NCBI RefSeq assembly: GCF_018350175.1
Contig: NC_058368.1
Span: 103,356,001 to 103,420,000, forward strand
From: Felis catus
Taxonomy: Eukaryota
Direction: 5' to 3'
DNA length: 64,000 nucleotides
The notes below the pieces were generated by a model. That model had not been told where the DNA came from, searched no databases, and saw only the letters and a program-made list of their open reading frames with translations. The position numbers and the translations under genes were made by a program. This document shows, in pieces, positions 25,077 to 37,082 of the stretch. Every line of letters begins with the position of its first letter. Position 1 is the first letter of the stretch.

Positions 25077-25315
25077 ATATCCTACAATGGAGTACAATGA
25101 GTATTGTGAAGATTATTAATATTATAAAGACTTTAAAAGTCTGACACTGCTCTTTGGTCTTAACATGAAGAGAAGTCTGTCTGTGATACATCATTCAAAG
25201 GTGAAAAATCTTTTCATATACCAGTATTAACATTATAGTTCCATAGTTGTTGAAAATATAAACAACTTTCAAAGGCAGTTTTCCCGGGTTAAGGTTGGAA
25301 ATCGAGGGGTACTTT

Positions 25316-25545
25316 ATTTATTGATTTATTTATTTATTATTTTTTATTTTTATTTTTTTTAGAGACAGTGGGAGAGTATGTGAGCAGGGGAGGGGCAGAG
25401 GGAGAGGGAGAGAGGGAGTCCCAAGCAGGCTCAGCACTGTCAGCATGGAGCCCAACGTGGGGCTCAATATCACCATCATGAGATCATGACCTCAGCTGAA
25501 ATCAAGAGTCAGTTGTTCAACCTCCTAGCCACTCAGAGACACCCT
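25316..25545 (-). mobile_element. CAN-SINE (older)
   Basis: (TTTA)n tail, GA tract, GAGATCATGACCTCAGCTGAAATCAAGAGTC; degenerate TSD GAGGG..ACTTT. Confidence 0.9.
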
Positions 25546-25769
25546 GAGGGACACTTTTAGATTCTAATTTCTACATGTTTGTATTTAAATTTTCTTAAGA
25601 AGGCAGATTTACATTTATAACCAGAAAAAAAAATGTTTTTTTCCCAATCGTAAAAGTCTATGGATAAAATTCTACTCCAGGGCTATGGTGGAATCCTTCA
25701 GCAACATTAGTTTATAAATTAGGCCATTTCTTTTCAAATTCACTGTTGGTTGCTTACTCTTTACCATTA

Positions 25770-27350
25770 ACATCTAGACGTGCTCTAGTCTCTTTCATAT
25801 TATCCTTCTCCCATATGCTACACCTAACAAGAACCCTTCATCTCACATCACCTTCACAGCCTGACATCTTGACTTGATTGTTTCTAGGTCCTCACTCTTT
25901 TATTTAACAGTTTACAGCGATGTGCTTCAGCTTCTAGCACACCACAGACTTCACTCCCACCAAAGTCAGCTAAGGCCTATTTGTGGACAAATCCAACAGA
26001 TAATTTTCTGTTGTCTTATGTGAACTTCCTGCGGTGTTTGCCACTGTTAACTGTTTCCCTGAATTTCTTTTTTCTATTAAAGTCCACAACCCTACATTCT
26101 TTTGCTTTTTCTCTACCAGGAGAGCTGCTACTTATCATTAACTTTCAAGGATTACTTTCAGGTGCTTGCTCCTTGAATGAATTTTGTCTTCAACTCAACT
26201 ACTTTTAGCCTTGAGGAGAGAAAAATAGATGGAGAATCTATTCTAGAATTAAAGAAAATCTGTGTTTGCATCGTGGCTACCTCACATGTTTATTAGGGGA
26301 CCCACAGAAAGCAGCTCATCCTTTCGGCTCTTGCTTTCTCTGTAAACAAAACTGGGAAGTAGCTTTCTTGTAAGGTTGTTGTTAGCATTAAACACTCACA
26401 ACGATGAACACCACATAATAAATATTTAATAGCTGGTAGCTGCTATTACTCTGATTTTATAATCTCTCCAGGGACATTTCTACTCTCCAACTATGACATA
26501 TAAATGAATAACCACCACCTCTTTTCCCTCCATCCCAAACTCTCTCCTAAATTTCTAATCCAAACTGATGACTCAACAGTTCTACTAGATACCTCATGTC
26601 ATAAAAATCAACACCCAAATATGATCTCCACTAGCTCTCTGCCACTCCTCTTAAAACTCTGTGTTTCTCTTTTGGAATGCATGGTGTCACCGCCACTCAG
26701 TTCAAAACTGAAACCTGAAAGCCATGGTTCCTATTCCCCGTTTCGTCTCTTTCCATAACTGGTCGCTAAATCTTATTCGTCCTTCCTCCGAAATATTTTC
26801 TGAGTTCACCCTCACAGGCCTTTGCACCATCTTAGTTTATGACATCATCAACCCTTACAAATGGTGATAGCAAGAGGCTTTTAATTGATCTTTCTACGTC
26901 CAGGTTCACATTTTTCTTTCTCCTGGCCCTTTCCATCATCTCCTCACAGACTGTATAGCTAGTAACTGTCCTTATGTGCTTAACATCTTCCCACAACCCT
27001 CCTACATTTTGACCTCATCTGTTACCACTACTGTCATTCCAGCCACCTCACGGCCAACCCCATCCATGCCTCATCCATACCAAACATGGTTACATTTCTC
27101 TACTGAGTTGTATAGCTCCAACCGGTGATGAACTACTTCCTCTCTTCAGTCTTCTCGCTGGACTTTTTCCTTGGCTGAACTGTATCTGCCCTTGAGATCT
27201 TACCTCCTGAGGAAAAATCCATTCCCAAATCTTAGCTAGTTTCCCCTCAACATCATTGGTTCCCATAGTAACATATACACCTGTACGAAAGCACTTATTT
27301 CAGGAAATAAAATTTTGTTTTCATGCCTACTTTTTTCTCTGAACCAGTAT
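25770..27350 (+). mobile_element. Degraded L2 body with a MIR-like fragment at about 26310-26450
   Basis: Long CT-rich tract with L2 motifs (ACTCCCACCAAAGTCA, CCAAACTCTCTCCT, CACCGCCACTCAG, CCATCTTAGT). Confidence 0.45.
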
Positions 27351-27823
27351 TTCCCAATTCACATCTGTTTCTCCTCTGAAGCAATTTTTTTTTAAACAAG
27401 TGTGAAATGAGATCAGCTAGGAAGCTTATTAGTAATTATCTATATTCCTGAATCCTACTTCTGGCTTAATGTTGCAGAGGAATCACATCTTTTCTTACCC
27501 CACAAAACCAAATTAAGAGTAGCATAATAATTAAAAAATGGCATAATTACATTATAAGTTAACAAGGACAGAAAAATAATCGAGAGGAAAATGGAAGATG
27601 AGTTTATTTGAACCAATTTTTGGAAAATGGGAAGCAAATGGTGGAGGGATAACTATCTTAGCACAGCGGGAGACATTAAAATTTTAGCGCCAGGAAAAGG
27701 GGAACATGGACTATAAATGACCCAATTTTCCCTAAATACTGCTGAAAAGTTTAGCACTTTGAACTCAGTCTAACGACTGAGCTGAAAACAGAATATTTGA
27801 AAACCTACATTAAAAGTAGTTGA

Positions 27824-27912
27824 GGGGCCCCTGGGTGGCTTAGTCAGTGAGACATCTGACTTGATTTCAGCTCAGGTCATGATTTCATGGTCCACAGGCT
27901 GGAGCCCCATGA
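27824..27912 (+). mobile_element. CAN-SINE head only (3' part missing)
   Basis: GGGGCCCCTGGGTGGCTTAGTC...CTCAGGTCATGAT...GAGCCCC; no CT tract or A-tail. Confidence 0.8.
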
Positions 27913-27994
27913 GATTATAGAATGTGAAAATGGGAAGAGGTTTTGGCATGTGGCTGAAAATCAGAATCAAATAAATGTGTACATATTATTTTAC

Positions 27995-29160
27995 AGAGAG
28001 AATTCTGAGAAAATAGTAGGGTAGAAAATACCAGGAACCTGTCTCCCCACCTAGACAACAAGTGCACTGGCAGAATCTACCTAATGCAACTATTTTAGAA
28101 CTCTGGAATCCATAGGAGCTTTACAACTGTGAAGGCAAAGCTTAAGGGACAAATTGCAGTTAATTTCAGCCTCAGCTCAGCAGTGGTTACCTATCCACCA
28201 CCAGTCCTGTGGCAGGCAACTTGGCCTGTGTTCACTCCACTCCCCAAACCCTTGGGCTGAAGCAAGTTCTAGGAGATGTAAATTGGTGGCACCTCCCCCC
28301 ACCCTTTCATTTTTCTTTTCCTCATCTTAGAAGCCAGATATTAATGACTAGGACATTGAAAAGCGATTGCATAAACTGGAAATCAAAAGATCACTGTGCA
28401 TAGTCTGGGAAAGGCACAGTGTCAGAAAAAAAGAGAAGACCTGAAGTTTGCACCTCAGATGGATTCAAAACAAAGAGAAAAACAATCAACAAACAAACCA
28501 TCAAGACCCAGGGAAGGGGAGAATCTGATTATCAGAGATAATCACATGATTAGATGCAAATGTCCAGTTATTGACCAAAAGGCAAAATGAAAACAAACAA
28601 AAGATATACAAAGAGGTGGGAAAGTATGGCCCATTCAAAGGAAAAAAATAAACCAAAGGAAATCATCCATACCAGAGAGAGGACCTGCTGTAAGAGGACT
28701 TCACAATAACTACTATAAAGATCTTCAGAGAACTAAAGAAAGATGTGGGGAGAGCAAAGAAAATGATGAAGGAACAAAACTGAAGTATCAACAAAGAGTG
28801 AGAAAAAAAGAAACAGGAAATTCTAGAACTACAAAATACAATAACTGAAATAAAAATTTTACTAAAGGGATTCAAAGGCCGATTTAAGCAGGCAGAAGAA
28901 AGAATCAGTGAATGTGAAGATAGGAGAATTAAAATTATTGAATCTGAGGAACAGAAAGGACAAGATTTAAGAAAAGTGAACAGAGCCTAAGGGACGTGTA
29001 GGATACTATCAAGGAGACCAACACAAGCAGTGCTGTGAGAGTCCCAGAAAGAGATGAGAGAAAGAGTCAGAGAAATTATTTAAAGAAAGGATAACCAAAA
29101 TTTTCCCAGGTTTGACAAAGACACAAATATAAATACCTTCCCCAAATTCAAGAGGTCCAA
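27995..29160 (+). mobile_element. Old L1 5'UTR and ORF1 fragment (L1M2/L1MB-like)
   Basis: AAAGTATGGCCCATTCAAAGGAA, GAAATTCTAGAACT, GCAGGCAGAAGAAAGAATCAGTGAA, GAACAGAGCCTAAGGGAC, GAGTCCCAGAA. Confidence 0.8.
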
Positions 29161-29169
29161 CAAGTTTAA

Positions 29170-29480
29170 TTTTCTTTTAAGCTATAATAAATGTCCTCAG
29201 AGAGTCAGAAGAAAATTGCATTAATAAAAAAGTAACAGCAAAAAAATACACAAAGAAAAGGGAGTCAGGTTCTCAACAGCAACACCAAAGCTAGATGATA
29301 GTAGAGCTGTGCTTTCAAAATTTTGAGAGAAAATTCTTTTTGCTCTACGATTCTATGCCAACCTTTCAATCAAGTGTGAAGGTAGACTAAAGATGCACTT
29401 AAACATACAGGGAATTCTTTGTCAGGACGTTGCTGAAAAATATACTTCAGTAAAATAGGTATACACACCAAGAAAGAGAA
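29170..29480 (+). mobile_element. Very old L1/HAL1 ORF1 3' fragment
   Basis: TTCTCAACAGCAACAC..AAGCTAGA...TTCAAAATTTTGAG...ATTCTATGCCAA...CAATCAAGTGTGAAGGTAGA. Confidence 0.55.
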
Positions 29481-29669
29481 AAATCTCCCTCTTCAAAGCA
29501 AGAGCTTGATTGGCTCAGCTTGAGTCAGGAATGTTCTACTCCCATCACCCACGAAAAATGGGGGCAGGGTCATGCATGGCACAGAATTTAGCGCAGAATC
29601 CATCACATGGATTTTGGGACTGAGCATATAAAAGAAAAAGCAGTTCTTTGTGGTCTCATCAGTCATGGT

Positions 29670-29800
29670 CACGTCATTTTTAAGCAAAGAATCTGAATCC
29701 CAAAATGGTAATTACCTTGCTCAAGGTGATACAATTTGATAGAGGTGAAACCAGGCCTGGAACTCAGATTCTTTAATTTCTTAATTCAGTCTTCATTCAC
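29670..29800 (-). mobile_element. MIR
   Basis: TTGCTCAAGGTGATACA...AGAGGTGAAACCAGGCCTGGAACTCAG. Confidence 0.55.
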
Positions 29801-31399
29801 ATTGCTAGTATTGGAACAAGAAACTCCGCCATGTTGGAATTTGCAGCTACCAGTGAACACTAGCCTCACCTGCTACTAGGTGAGATACTAAGGAACTAAA
29901 AGAGTACAAATTCAGATACAACTAACATTTGCAGGGCTCCATAGTTTGACTCTTTCACATACATGTCACCTATAAGCTGATTATACCTTGGGTGACATCC
30001 AGGACAGTATCAGGTATACACAAGAGATGATGTCATTAAAACTTCATGTTTACAGTGCTTACTTTACCATTAGAAGAATGTTAAAGGAAAAACCACCAAG
30101 GACCAGAACAGTTTCACTGAGCTCCAGAGAGTAAGTCAAAATCTGATCTAAGTTGTGAAGTGTGGGTAAGTTTAGGGTAGCGATAGAGGAGAGTGAGGGC
30201 ATTTGAGGCAAGGAAATGTTCTTGAGCAACAGGACAAAGATGGGGATGAGTGTATTTTGGGGCTGGGGTGGGCGGAAATTTCGTGAATTATAATTGGATG
30301 AAGCAGAGAGATTCTGTTGTCAATTTCTGGCTTAAGAGGAACAATTTAAAGTTATAAAATGGGTTACACGCACACTTTAGAATTCTTGGTGTTTAGCTAA
30401 ATCATACTGCATTCAAGTCAGGGTGATACATGGTTTTGCCAGCTCCTTGCGGTTTTTCTACAGTTTTGAACAGAAGAAAAGGTCAAAGTTTTCTAAAAGC
30501 TCCAAGATGTTATTGGAAACATACGGCAACATAAATGGCTGGAGCTACAAAGCATGTTGCCCTTTTCAACCTATTTATGGGTTAAAAATAGCAGAATCTG
30601 ATTTTCAGACGAAGCAATAATCTTTACCATGAAAGTAAGGAGGAGTAAGCATATCCTTATATGCCAGCTGTGTAAATTATTTCTGTTAAGATAGACCTTC
30701 AGTCTTGGACAAGAGGGGAAAAAATCGATATTAATCCACTCATACTTGTAATGGAAGGATGTGGTCATATAAAGTAATACTGGCTAGTGCAGGACCACAG
30801 TCTGAATTTGAAGACAGATGCTATATGTTTGCTATGGAAACAATAGACCGTAACATTGTATTTGATATGGAAAAATCAATCACAGTGTTACCAGCTAGAA
30901 ACTGCTCCGCTTCGAGGCAAGAATACAAAGGACTCCAAGCCGTTGTTAAACAGAAAAGGTTTCATGATTATTTAATCACCAGAGAGGCCAAACCAATTAA
31001 AATATCATCTGTCAATACTTTTTTTCTAGGATTTGATTTCAGGAATAATAAATGTTTTCTCAACATCATTGTCTTGACCTAAATGATGACATGGAGAAAT
31101 AAAAACCATCAGGATCAGGTTCACATTTTCCAGCAGGAAGTGGTTTCAGATTTTATTTGGAAATAGAAAAGGCCGGTGTTCCTTAAGGCATTTTTCTGGA
31201 ATCTATCAGGTAAAACTCAGGCTTTACAAAGGTCTGGCAGTGTGAATCTGAATCATCAAATAACAACCAGAATGCACACAGCCTTCAGGCTTCAGGGATC
31301 TGGTATGAATTCATCTCCGGCTGTGACCACACACATGTGGTGAAATGGTCCTCTACTGGCAGGATTCAGACATTTAATTCCCAGTTGCTCATGCAGAAG

Positions 31400-31860
31400 C
31401 AATTGCGTAGTTTCAGTGTGAATGGAAGATAGGTGGCTTAAGCAGGGAGAGGTGGGAGCTGGGAAGATACACTGAGGCAGGGAATATCTTCCTGAGGAGT
31501 CTAACCTTAAAATCTAAGGATAGGCTAAAGAGATCCTCCCAAGACTTTCAAGTAAGGAAATTATACAATCAAATCTATGTTTGAGAAAAATAGCCGTGGT
31601 GGCAATATGGATGATAAATTACAGTGGGAACGTTCTGGATACAGGAACCATGTTGGAGACTATAAAATTTTCTACAGATTTTGACTTTAAGTAAGAGCAG
31701 TAAGTAAGAGAGGAAAAGGCCAAGTTGAGGGTATGGAAAAGGATAGATTAGAATGTCAGAGAGGAAGGAATTGAAAATGATGTTGAAGTTTTTTTTTCTG
31801 TGGGAGCCTGGTTAGATATTGAGATCTTTAAGAGATTTGGGGGAGACACAATGCATTTCA
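31400..31860 (-). mobile_element. Degraded L2
   Basis: Purine-rich; AATCAAATCTATGTTTGAGAAAAAT, GAAAATGATGTTGAAGTTT...GCCTGG. Confidence 0.45.
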
Positions 31861-32419
31861 AGGCTAATACACTTCAGGGCTAATTCATTCTCTCTGTCCC
31901 TCTCATTCTCTTGATTCCGATTTTCCTCTTAACTTGAACATGGCTGAGAAGACGTGTACTGTGCTCCACAAAACACTTCCAGCTCTGCAGAAAATAAGAG
32001 AATTGTCCAGGTCTAGAACTACTGCCTGATCCTCTCCTATACCAAAGATATATAAACCTTAAACCTTACATTTGAAATGAGAGTTCGCTCTAAATTCAAT
32101 ACTATTTGTCAGTCTCTTTCATATAATGTCTTCTCTTCAAACTTTTCACAAGACGCATTTCAAACATTTCCTACCATGGGATATAAGAAATTTCTGTGAG
32201 CACTTCAATGCTTTATCTTCTAAAACCTAATACACCTTATAAATAGAGTTTGCAAAAATTAATTGGGCCATCTTTAATCTCCCCAAATCCATCTAGAGTT
32301 GCACTAATACATATCACAGAGTAATTAATTACAGTGCATTGCCCATGCAGAGTTCCATGTCTTACACACAATAAGATGTAGATAGTCAATAAAAAGTATT
32401 GAAGGAAAAGTGAAATATT

Positions 32420-32600
32420 TTTATACAGTTGCATAATCTTAAGCAAGTTACTTCACACCTCTTGCCTAAACTTCCTTGTCTACAGACAGGTAACAATATC
32501 ACCTATCTCAGTGGTAATTACAAGGTTACATGAGATAATACATATCAACTGTTTAACATAGCACATCATGTAGCAAATTCTTAATAAATAGTGAATTTTA
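32420..32600 (+). mobile_element. MIR
   Basis: GCAAGTTACTTCAC...CACCTATCTCA...ATGAGATAATACAT...TTAATAAAT. Confidence 0.65.
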
Positions 32601-32724
32601 CTATCCCCCAAAATAATGCTTCCAATAGAAAGGCAATGTGAGACACACAGGTAATTTTAAATTTTCTAGTAGCTACATTGAAAAAAAATTCAATCATGTA
32701 AGACTATTTTAATAATATACTTCA

Positions 32725-32946
32725 GGGGCGCCTGGGTGGCTGAGTTGATTAGGCGTCCGACTTCAGCCAGGTCACGATCTCGCGGTCTGTGAGTTCGAGC
32801 TCCCCGTCGGGCTCTGGGCTGATGGCTCGGAGCCTGGAGCCTGCTTCCGATTCTGTGTCTCCCTCTCTCTCTGCCCCTCCCCCGTTCATGCTCTGTCTCT
32901 GTCTGTCCCAAAAATAAATAAACATTGAAAAAAAAATTAAAAAAAA
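32725..32946 (+). mobile_element. Young feline CAN-SINE (SINEC_Fc-like)
   Basis: Full length with CTTCAGCCAGGTCACGATCTCGCGG and GGCTCTGGGCTGATGGCTC; TSD ATACTTCA. Confidence 0.97.
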
Positions 32947-33102
32947 AATACTTCACCCAATATATCAAATAAATTATAAAAACATATAATCAATATAAAA
33001 AGTGATTGAGATATTTTATATTCTATTTTTCATAATACATCTATAAAATCCAGTGTGCATTTCACACTTACAGTGTATCTCAATTCAGACTGAGCACATT
33101 TC

Positions 33103-33341
33103 TTTTTTTTTCTTTTTTTTAAATTTTTGTTAATGTTTATTTATTTCTGAGAGAGAGAAAGAGAGAGCATGAGCAGGGGAGGGGAGAGGAGGGGCAGAGA
33201 GAGGGAGACAGAGAATATGAAGCAGTCTCTAGTCTCTGAGCTGTCACACAGAGCCCGACGTGGGGCTCAAACTCACAAACCATGAGATCCTGACCTCAGC
33301 TGAAGTCAAGTGTTTAACTGACTGAGCCACCTAGGCACCCC
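33103..33341 (-). mobile_element. Feliform CAN-SINE
   Basis: Poly(T) on the left, head on the right; TSD AGA(C/T)TGAGCACATTTC. Confidence 0.95.
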
Positions 33342-35887
33342 TAGATTGAGCACATTTCAAGTCTTCAATTACTACAGGTGGTTAATGGCCATTGATTTAG
33401 ATGCTCATTAACTATGGATGCGAGTGATATGTAAGTGGCTGAATAACATCTTTACAAATGGGTTCAAAACCTCAAAATAATGAGAAAAAGGGGGGAAAAA
33501 CCTCTAGGGAATGGATCAGGATAGAGTACTGAAGATCTTACTATTTTATTATTAATTGGCCTTTAATAAATACTGTATTTCAAGTAAGCTAACAGTGAGA
33601 TAAAACTATTTGAATTTAGAAAAAATGATCATCACCTCTTTTTAAAAAGTATGGGAAGTCTGCCCTTGCTTTAGATAAAAGCCTATTTTGAAACTGGTAA
33701 ACTCACAGAGAATTCTACAGTAAGTGTGATTCTCACAGAGGCAAAAAGACCCACACAGTGTTTAAAACGTTCTTAAAATATTTTAAAGAATGTTTCCATT
33801 CTCACTGTGCTAAAAGCACAAAAGCTCTCCTGGGGCCCACCCTAGGCTTGCCAGCTCAATGTACCATATTTGGCAGTTAAAAAAAAAAAAAAAAAGAAGA
33901 AGAGAAAATCCCTCCACCTTCTCCTCTTACATGAGCTGATTTCACAAGATCTTTACATGCTTTATTTACTATTCATTTTCATCCTTGGGAAAGAAACTTG
34001 AAACATTTATTCACAAGGTATTATTCTTTTAAAATGTTTCCTAAGCCCAGGGCTTGGTAAATGGCAGAAAAAAGTGTCTGCAACAGTCAGCGTAAGTATT
34101 ATCCCTGAAATTGCATTTTAAAATATTTTAATAATTAAGAGAGTTTTCTGCAAAACCAGGCAAAGAACTAAGAGAATAAAAAGGCTCAAAGATCCAGGGT
34201 AAGTAAGCCTGTCAGACTGTATGTGTGTGCATGTGCTTAATTCTTACGTGAAGCCCAACAACATTAATCATGTCTGTAAAATGGTAACCAAAACGACAGC
34301 TCTCGCTCCGCAGTCAGCTGTACAAGGAAGCATTTTCTAGCCATAACCCACCACTCTGAGCAAACAACTGACGGGCAGCAGTCCTTTTGTCAGATTCTGA
34401 CAAGTGAATCAATAAAAAGACACAGCAAAAGTTCAATCAGAACAGACACCACTAATACGGCCGGCCTTGTGGGACCCACATAAGCGTGGAACTGCTTTTC
34501 CATGTTAATTTCTCTTCGCTACCCCTTGGGGTTATCACCTTCTCTGGCCCCTGTTAATTAAAAACTGCCTCCTTCTAAAGTTCCTTGGCAGGCATTTCCC
34601 TCATGTCAGCCTATTCTGCTGACTGCTAAAAGAAATGGGGGAAGGAGTGTTCCAAAGCACAGAACACCAGCGGGCCAAACCTCTGCTCTGGTCCTCCCAC
34701 AAGAACGTATATAATCAAATCCTTTGACTGAACGGAATTTCTTATCATTGTTAACTAACAAAAAACACATATGAAAATTAACACACCACACACAAATTAA
34801 AAATAACACTGTATCAAACAGTGAACTAAGTAGCTGGATAGGCAAATTAATAATACATCAGGAGACAATCAGGTTATCATTGTTTGGATTAGCCTTGTTT
34901 TGAACTGGTTGATTTAAACATTTTAATTGTATACACATTTCTATTTGATTCCACTTAGCACTCGGTTCTTGCATTCTTTCTTTTCCTAGAAGAGTGAAAA
35001 ATTTATCTCTACCTGTTTACTAATCTTCAATAATACCAGGATTGACCCTAACAACCGGGTTATTTTGTGTCTGTGCCAAAACCTCTAAGAAAAAAATGTT
35101 TAAATTTAAAAAATGGTAGCAAGGTCCTTTCAGCCATGTTAATGACAAACATAAATTAACTATGTGACTAGGCAGTCATATTATTCCAAATTGGTTTGAT
35201 TAAACATGCTTTCATTAATTTTACACACACACAAAACATGGGCAATACATTCAAACAATACAGAAGCACAGACAGTAAAAAGCGAAAATCTATTGGTTCA
35301 CCAAGACATGCCCAATCACATTCCCATCATTAACTATTAGTATAATTTAGATTTTCCCATGCATTTACAAACACACATACAAATATGTGATATCGTCTTG
35401 TTACTTATACAGTACAGTCATTATGTATACCTTTTCTCTACTTCCATTTTGACCTAATGATGTGTCCTGGAGCTGTTTCCATGTCAATTGATCTTTCTCT
35501 GTTAAGCTGCTAAACAGTATTTCACAATATGTATTCACTAAAATCCAAACCCATTCATGTAATGGATGTACAAGTTTCCTTTTATTTTTCATTTTAGAAA
35601 AAAACATATGTTAATAAAATATTTATACATGTCTTTTTAGGTAAAATGCCAGGTAATTTTTACAAAAGTAGAAGTGCTGGGCAAAAATGTTCATATTTTA
35701 AAATTTGATGAATACTGCAAATTGTTCTCCAGAAAGACTTCAGCCACTCCACTTCCACTAACAGTGTATAAGGTCATCAGTTTCACTATACCTTCACTGA
35801 CACTGGATATTACCATTTGTTTTCATATTCTACTGGTTGTGATTTATAGGACTTTACTTAGGATCTATACTCTCACTTTTAAAAAGA

Positions 35888-35893
35888 ATATAC

Positions 35894-35924
<31 letters not shown>

Positions 35925-36021
35925 AACATATATACACACACACATATATATATACACACACATATATATACACACACATATATATACACACACATATATA
36001 TACACACACATATATATATAC

Positions 36022-36071
<50 letters not shown>

Positions 36072-36080
36072 GTATATATA
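35888..36080. repeat. Compound (TA)n/(CA)n microsatellite
   Basis: About 190 bp of alternating TA and CA blocks. Confidence 0.95.
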
Positions 36081-36084
36081 TTAT

Positions 36085-36176
36085 TGTTAAATAATCTCTA
36101 AACCCAACAAGGGCTCAAACTCACAACCCTGACAGCAAGACTCACATGTGGTACCAACTGAGCCAGGCAGGTGCCC
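36085..36176 (-). mobile_element. Short tRNA-derived carnivore SINE (head without CT body)
   Basis: GGGCTCAAACTCACAACCCTGA...CAAGA...CCAACTGAGCCAGGCAGGTGCCC. Confidence 0.8.
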
Positions 36177-36188
36177 AGGATCTGTGCA

Positions 36189-36189
36189 T

Positions 36190-36220
<31 letters not shown>

Positions 36221-36609
36221 TTCAGAGCACGAGCAGGGAAGAGGGGCAAGAGAAAGGAAAAACCAGAATCTTTTTTTTAAGCTTATTTATTTATTTTTTG
36301 AGAGAGAGCAAGCATGAATGAGAGAGGGGCACAGAGAGAGAGGGAGAGAGAGAGAGAATCCAAGCAGCCTCTGCACGCACTCTAAGCACAGAGCCCAGTG
36401 TAATGCTTGAACCCACAAACCACCAGATTGTGACCTGAACTGAAACTAAGACTCAGATGCCCAATTCACTGAGCCACCCAGGCAACCCAGAAAAAGCAAT
36501 TAGCCAGGCTCAACACTCAGCACAGAGTCCAGTTCAGGGCTCATCCCACTACCCTGGGATCATGACCTGAGCCAAAATCAAGAGTCAGACTGAGCCACTC
36601 AGTCACCCC
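36189..36609 (-). mobile_element. CAN-SINE containing a nested SINE
   Basis: (TTTA)n tail, body resumes after 36488, ends CTGAGCCACTCAGTCACCCC; flanked by GGATCTGTGC on both sides. Confidence 0.85.
36271..36488 (-). mobile_element. Nested CAN-SINE
   Basis: Own T-tail, GA tract and head ...GAGCCACCCAGGCAACCC. Confidence 0.88.
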
Positions 36610-37082
36610 ATGGATCTGTGCTTTTAAACTCAGTTATACCATATGATCTCTGCCAGACACATAAGCTTTTGTTATCAAAACCTATAATAAATTGCATCCA
36701 CCATCTGAACAGCACAAAAATATAACAAGCCATCACTTTTCTCTCTTGCTTCCAGTCTTCTTTGTAATCAACCACTGTTCTAGAATTTTTATCCAATATT
36801 GTTATTGCATTTTTTATTACTTATCAATATTTTAAAAACAGAGTCCTATGTTTTCTGTTTATTAATTTACCATTCTTTGATTTCTATTACCTGAATAATA
36901 GTAACAACAATACTAATATTTAAAATTACTATTAAGATTTTGTTGCAGTATTTTTGAATTTTTTATGCAGAAAGACATCATGACTGGTAAGCTCACTGAA
37001 TCTCTGGATGCCCAAATGAGACTTTATTTTAATCTCACAATTAAATATACATCAGACCACATATAGAGTTAAGATACCTTTC

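Larger units (their letters stand above)
32615..33405 (+). mobile_element. MER33-like hAT-Charlie DNA transposon, split by two SINEs
   Basis: TCCAATAGAAA...GTAATTTTAAATTTTCTAGTAGCTACATT...ACCCAATATATC...AAATCCAGTGTG...CACATTTCAAGT. Confidence 0.8.
35230..37080 (-). mobile_element. Very old L1 (L1ME/HAL1-like) fragments hosting a SINE stack
   Basis: AAATTTGATGAATACTGCAAATTG, ACTTCCACTAACAGTGTATAAG, GACACTGGATATTA antisense L1ME motifs. Confidence 0.55.

Noticed and set aside
30759..31082. 107-aa ORF in unique DNA
   Set aside because: Non-ATG start, no recognisable homology and no convincing splice boundaries; the length is compatible with chance.
35674..36090. 138-aa ORF and three antisense ORFs
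   Set aside because: Artefacts of the TA/CA microsatellite.
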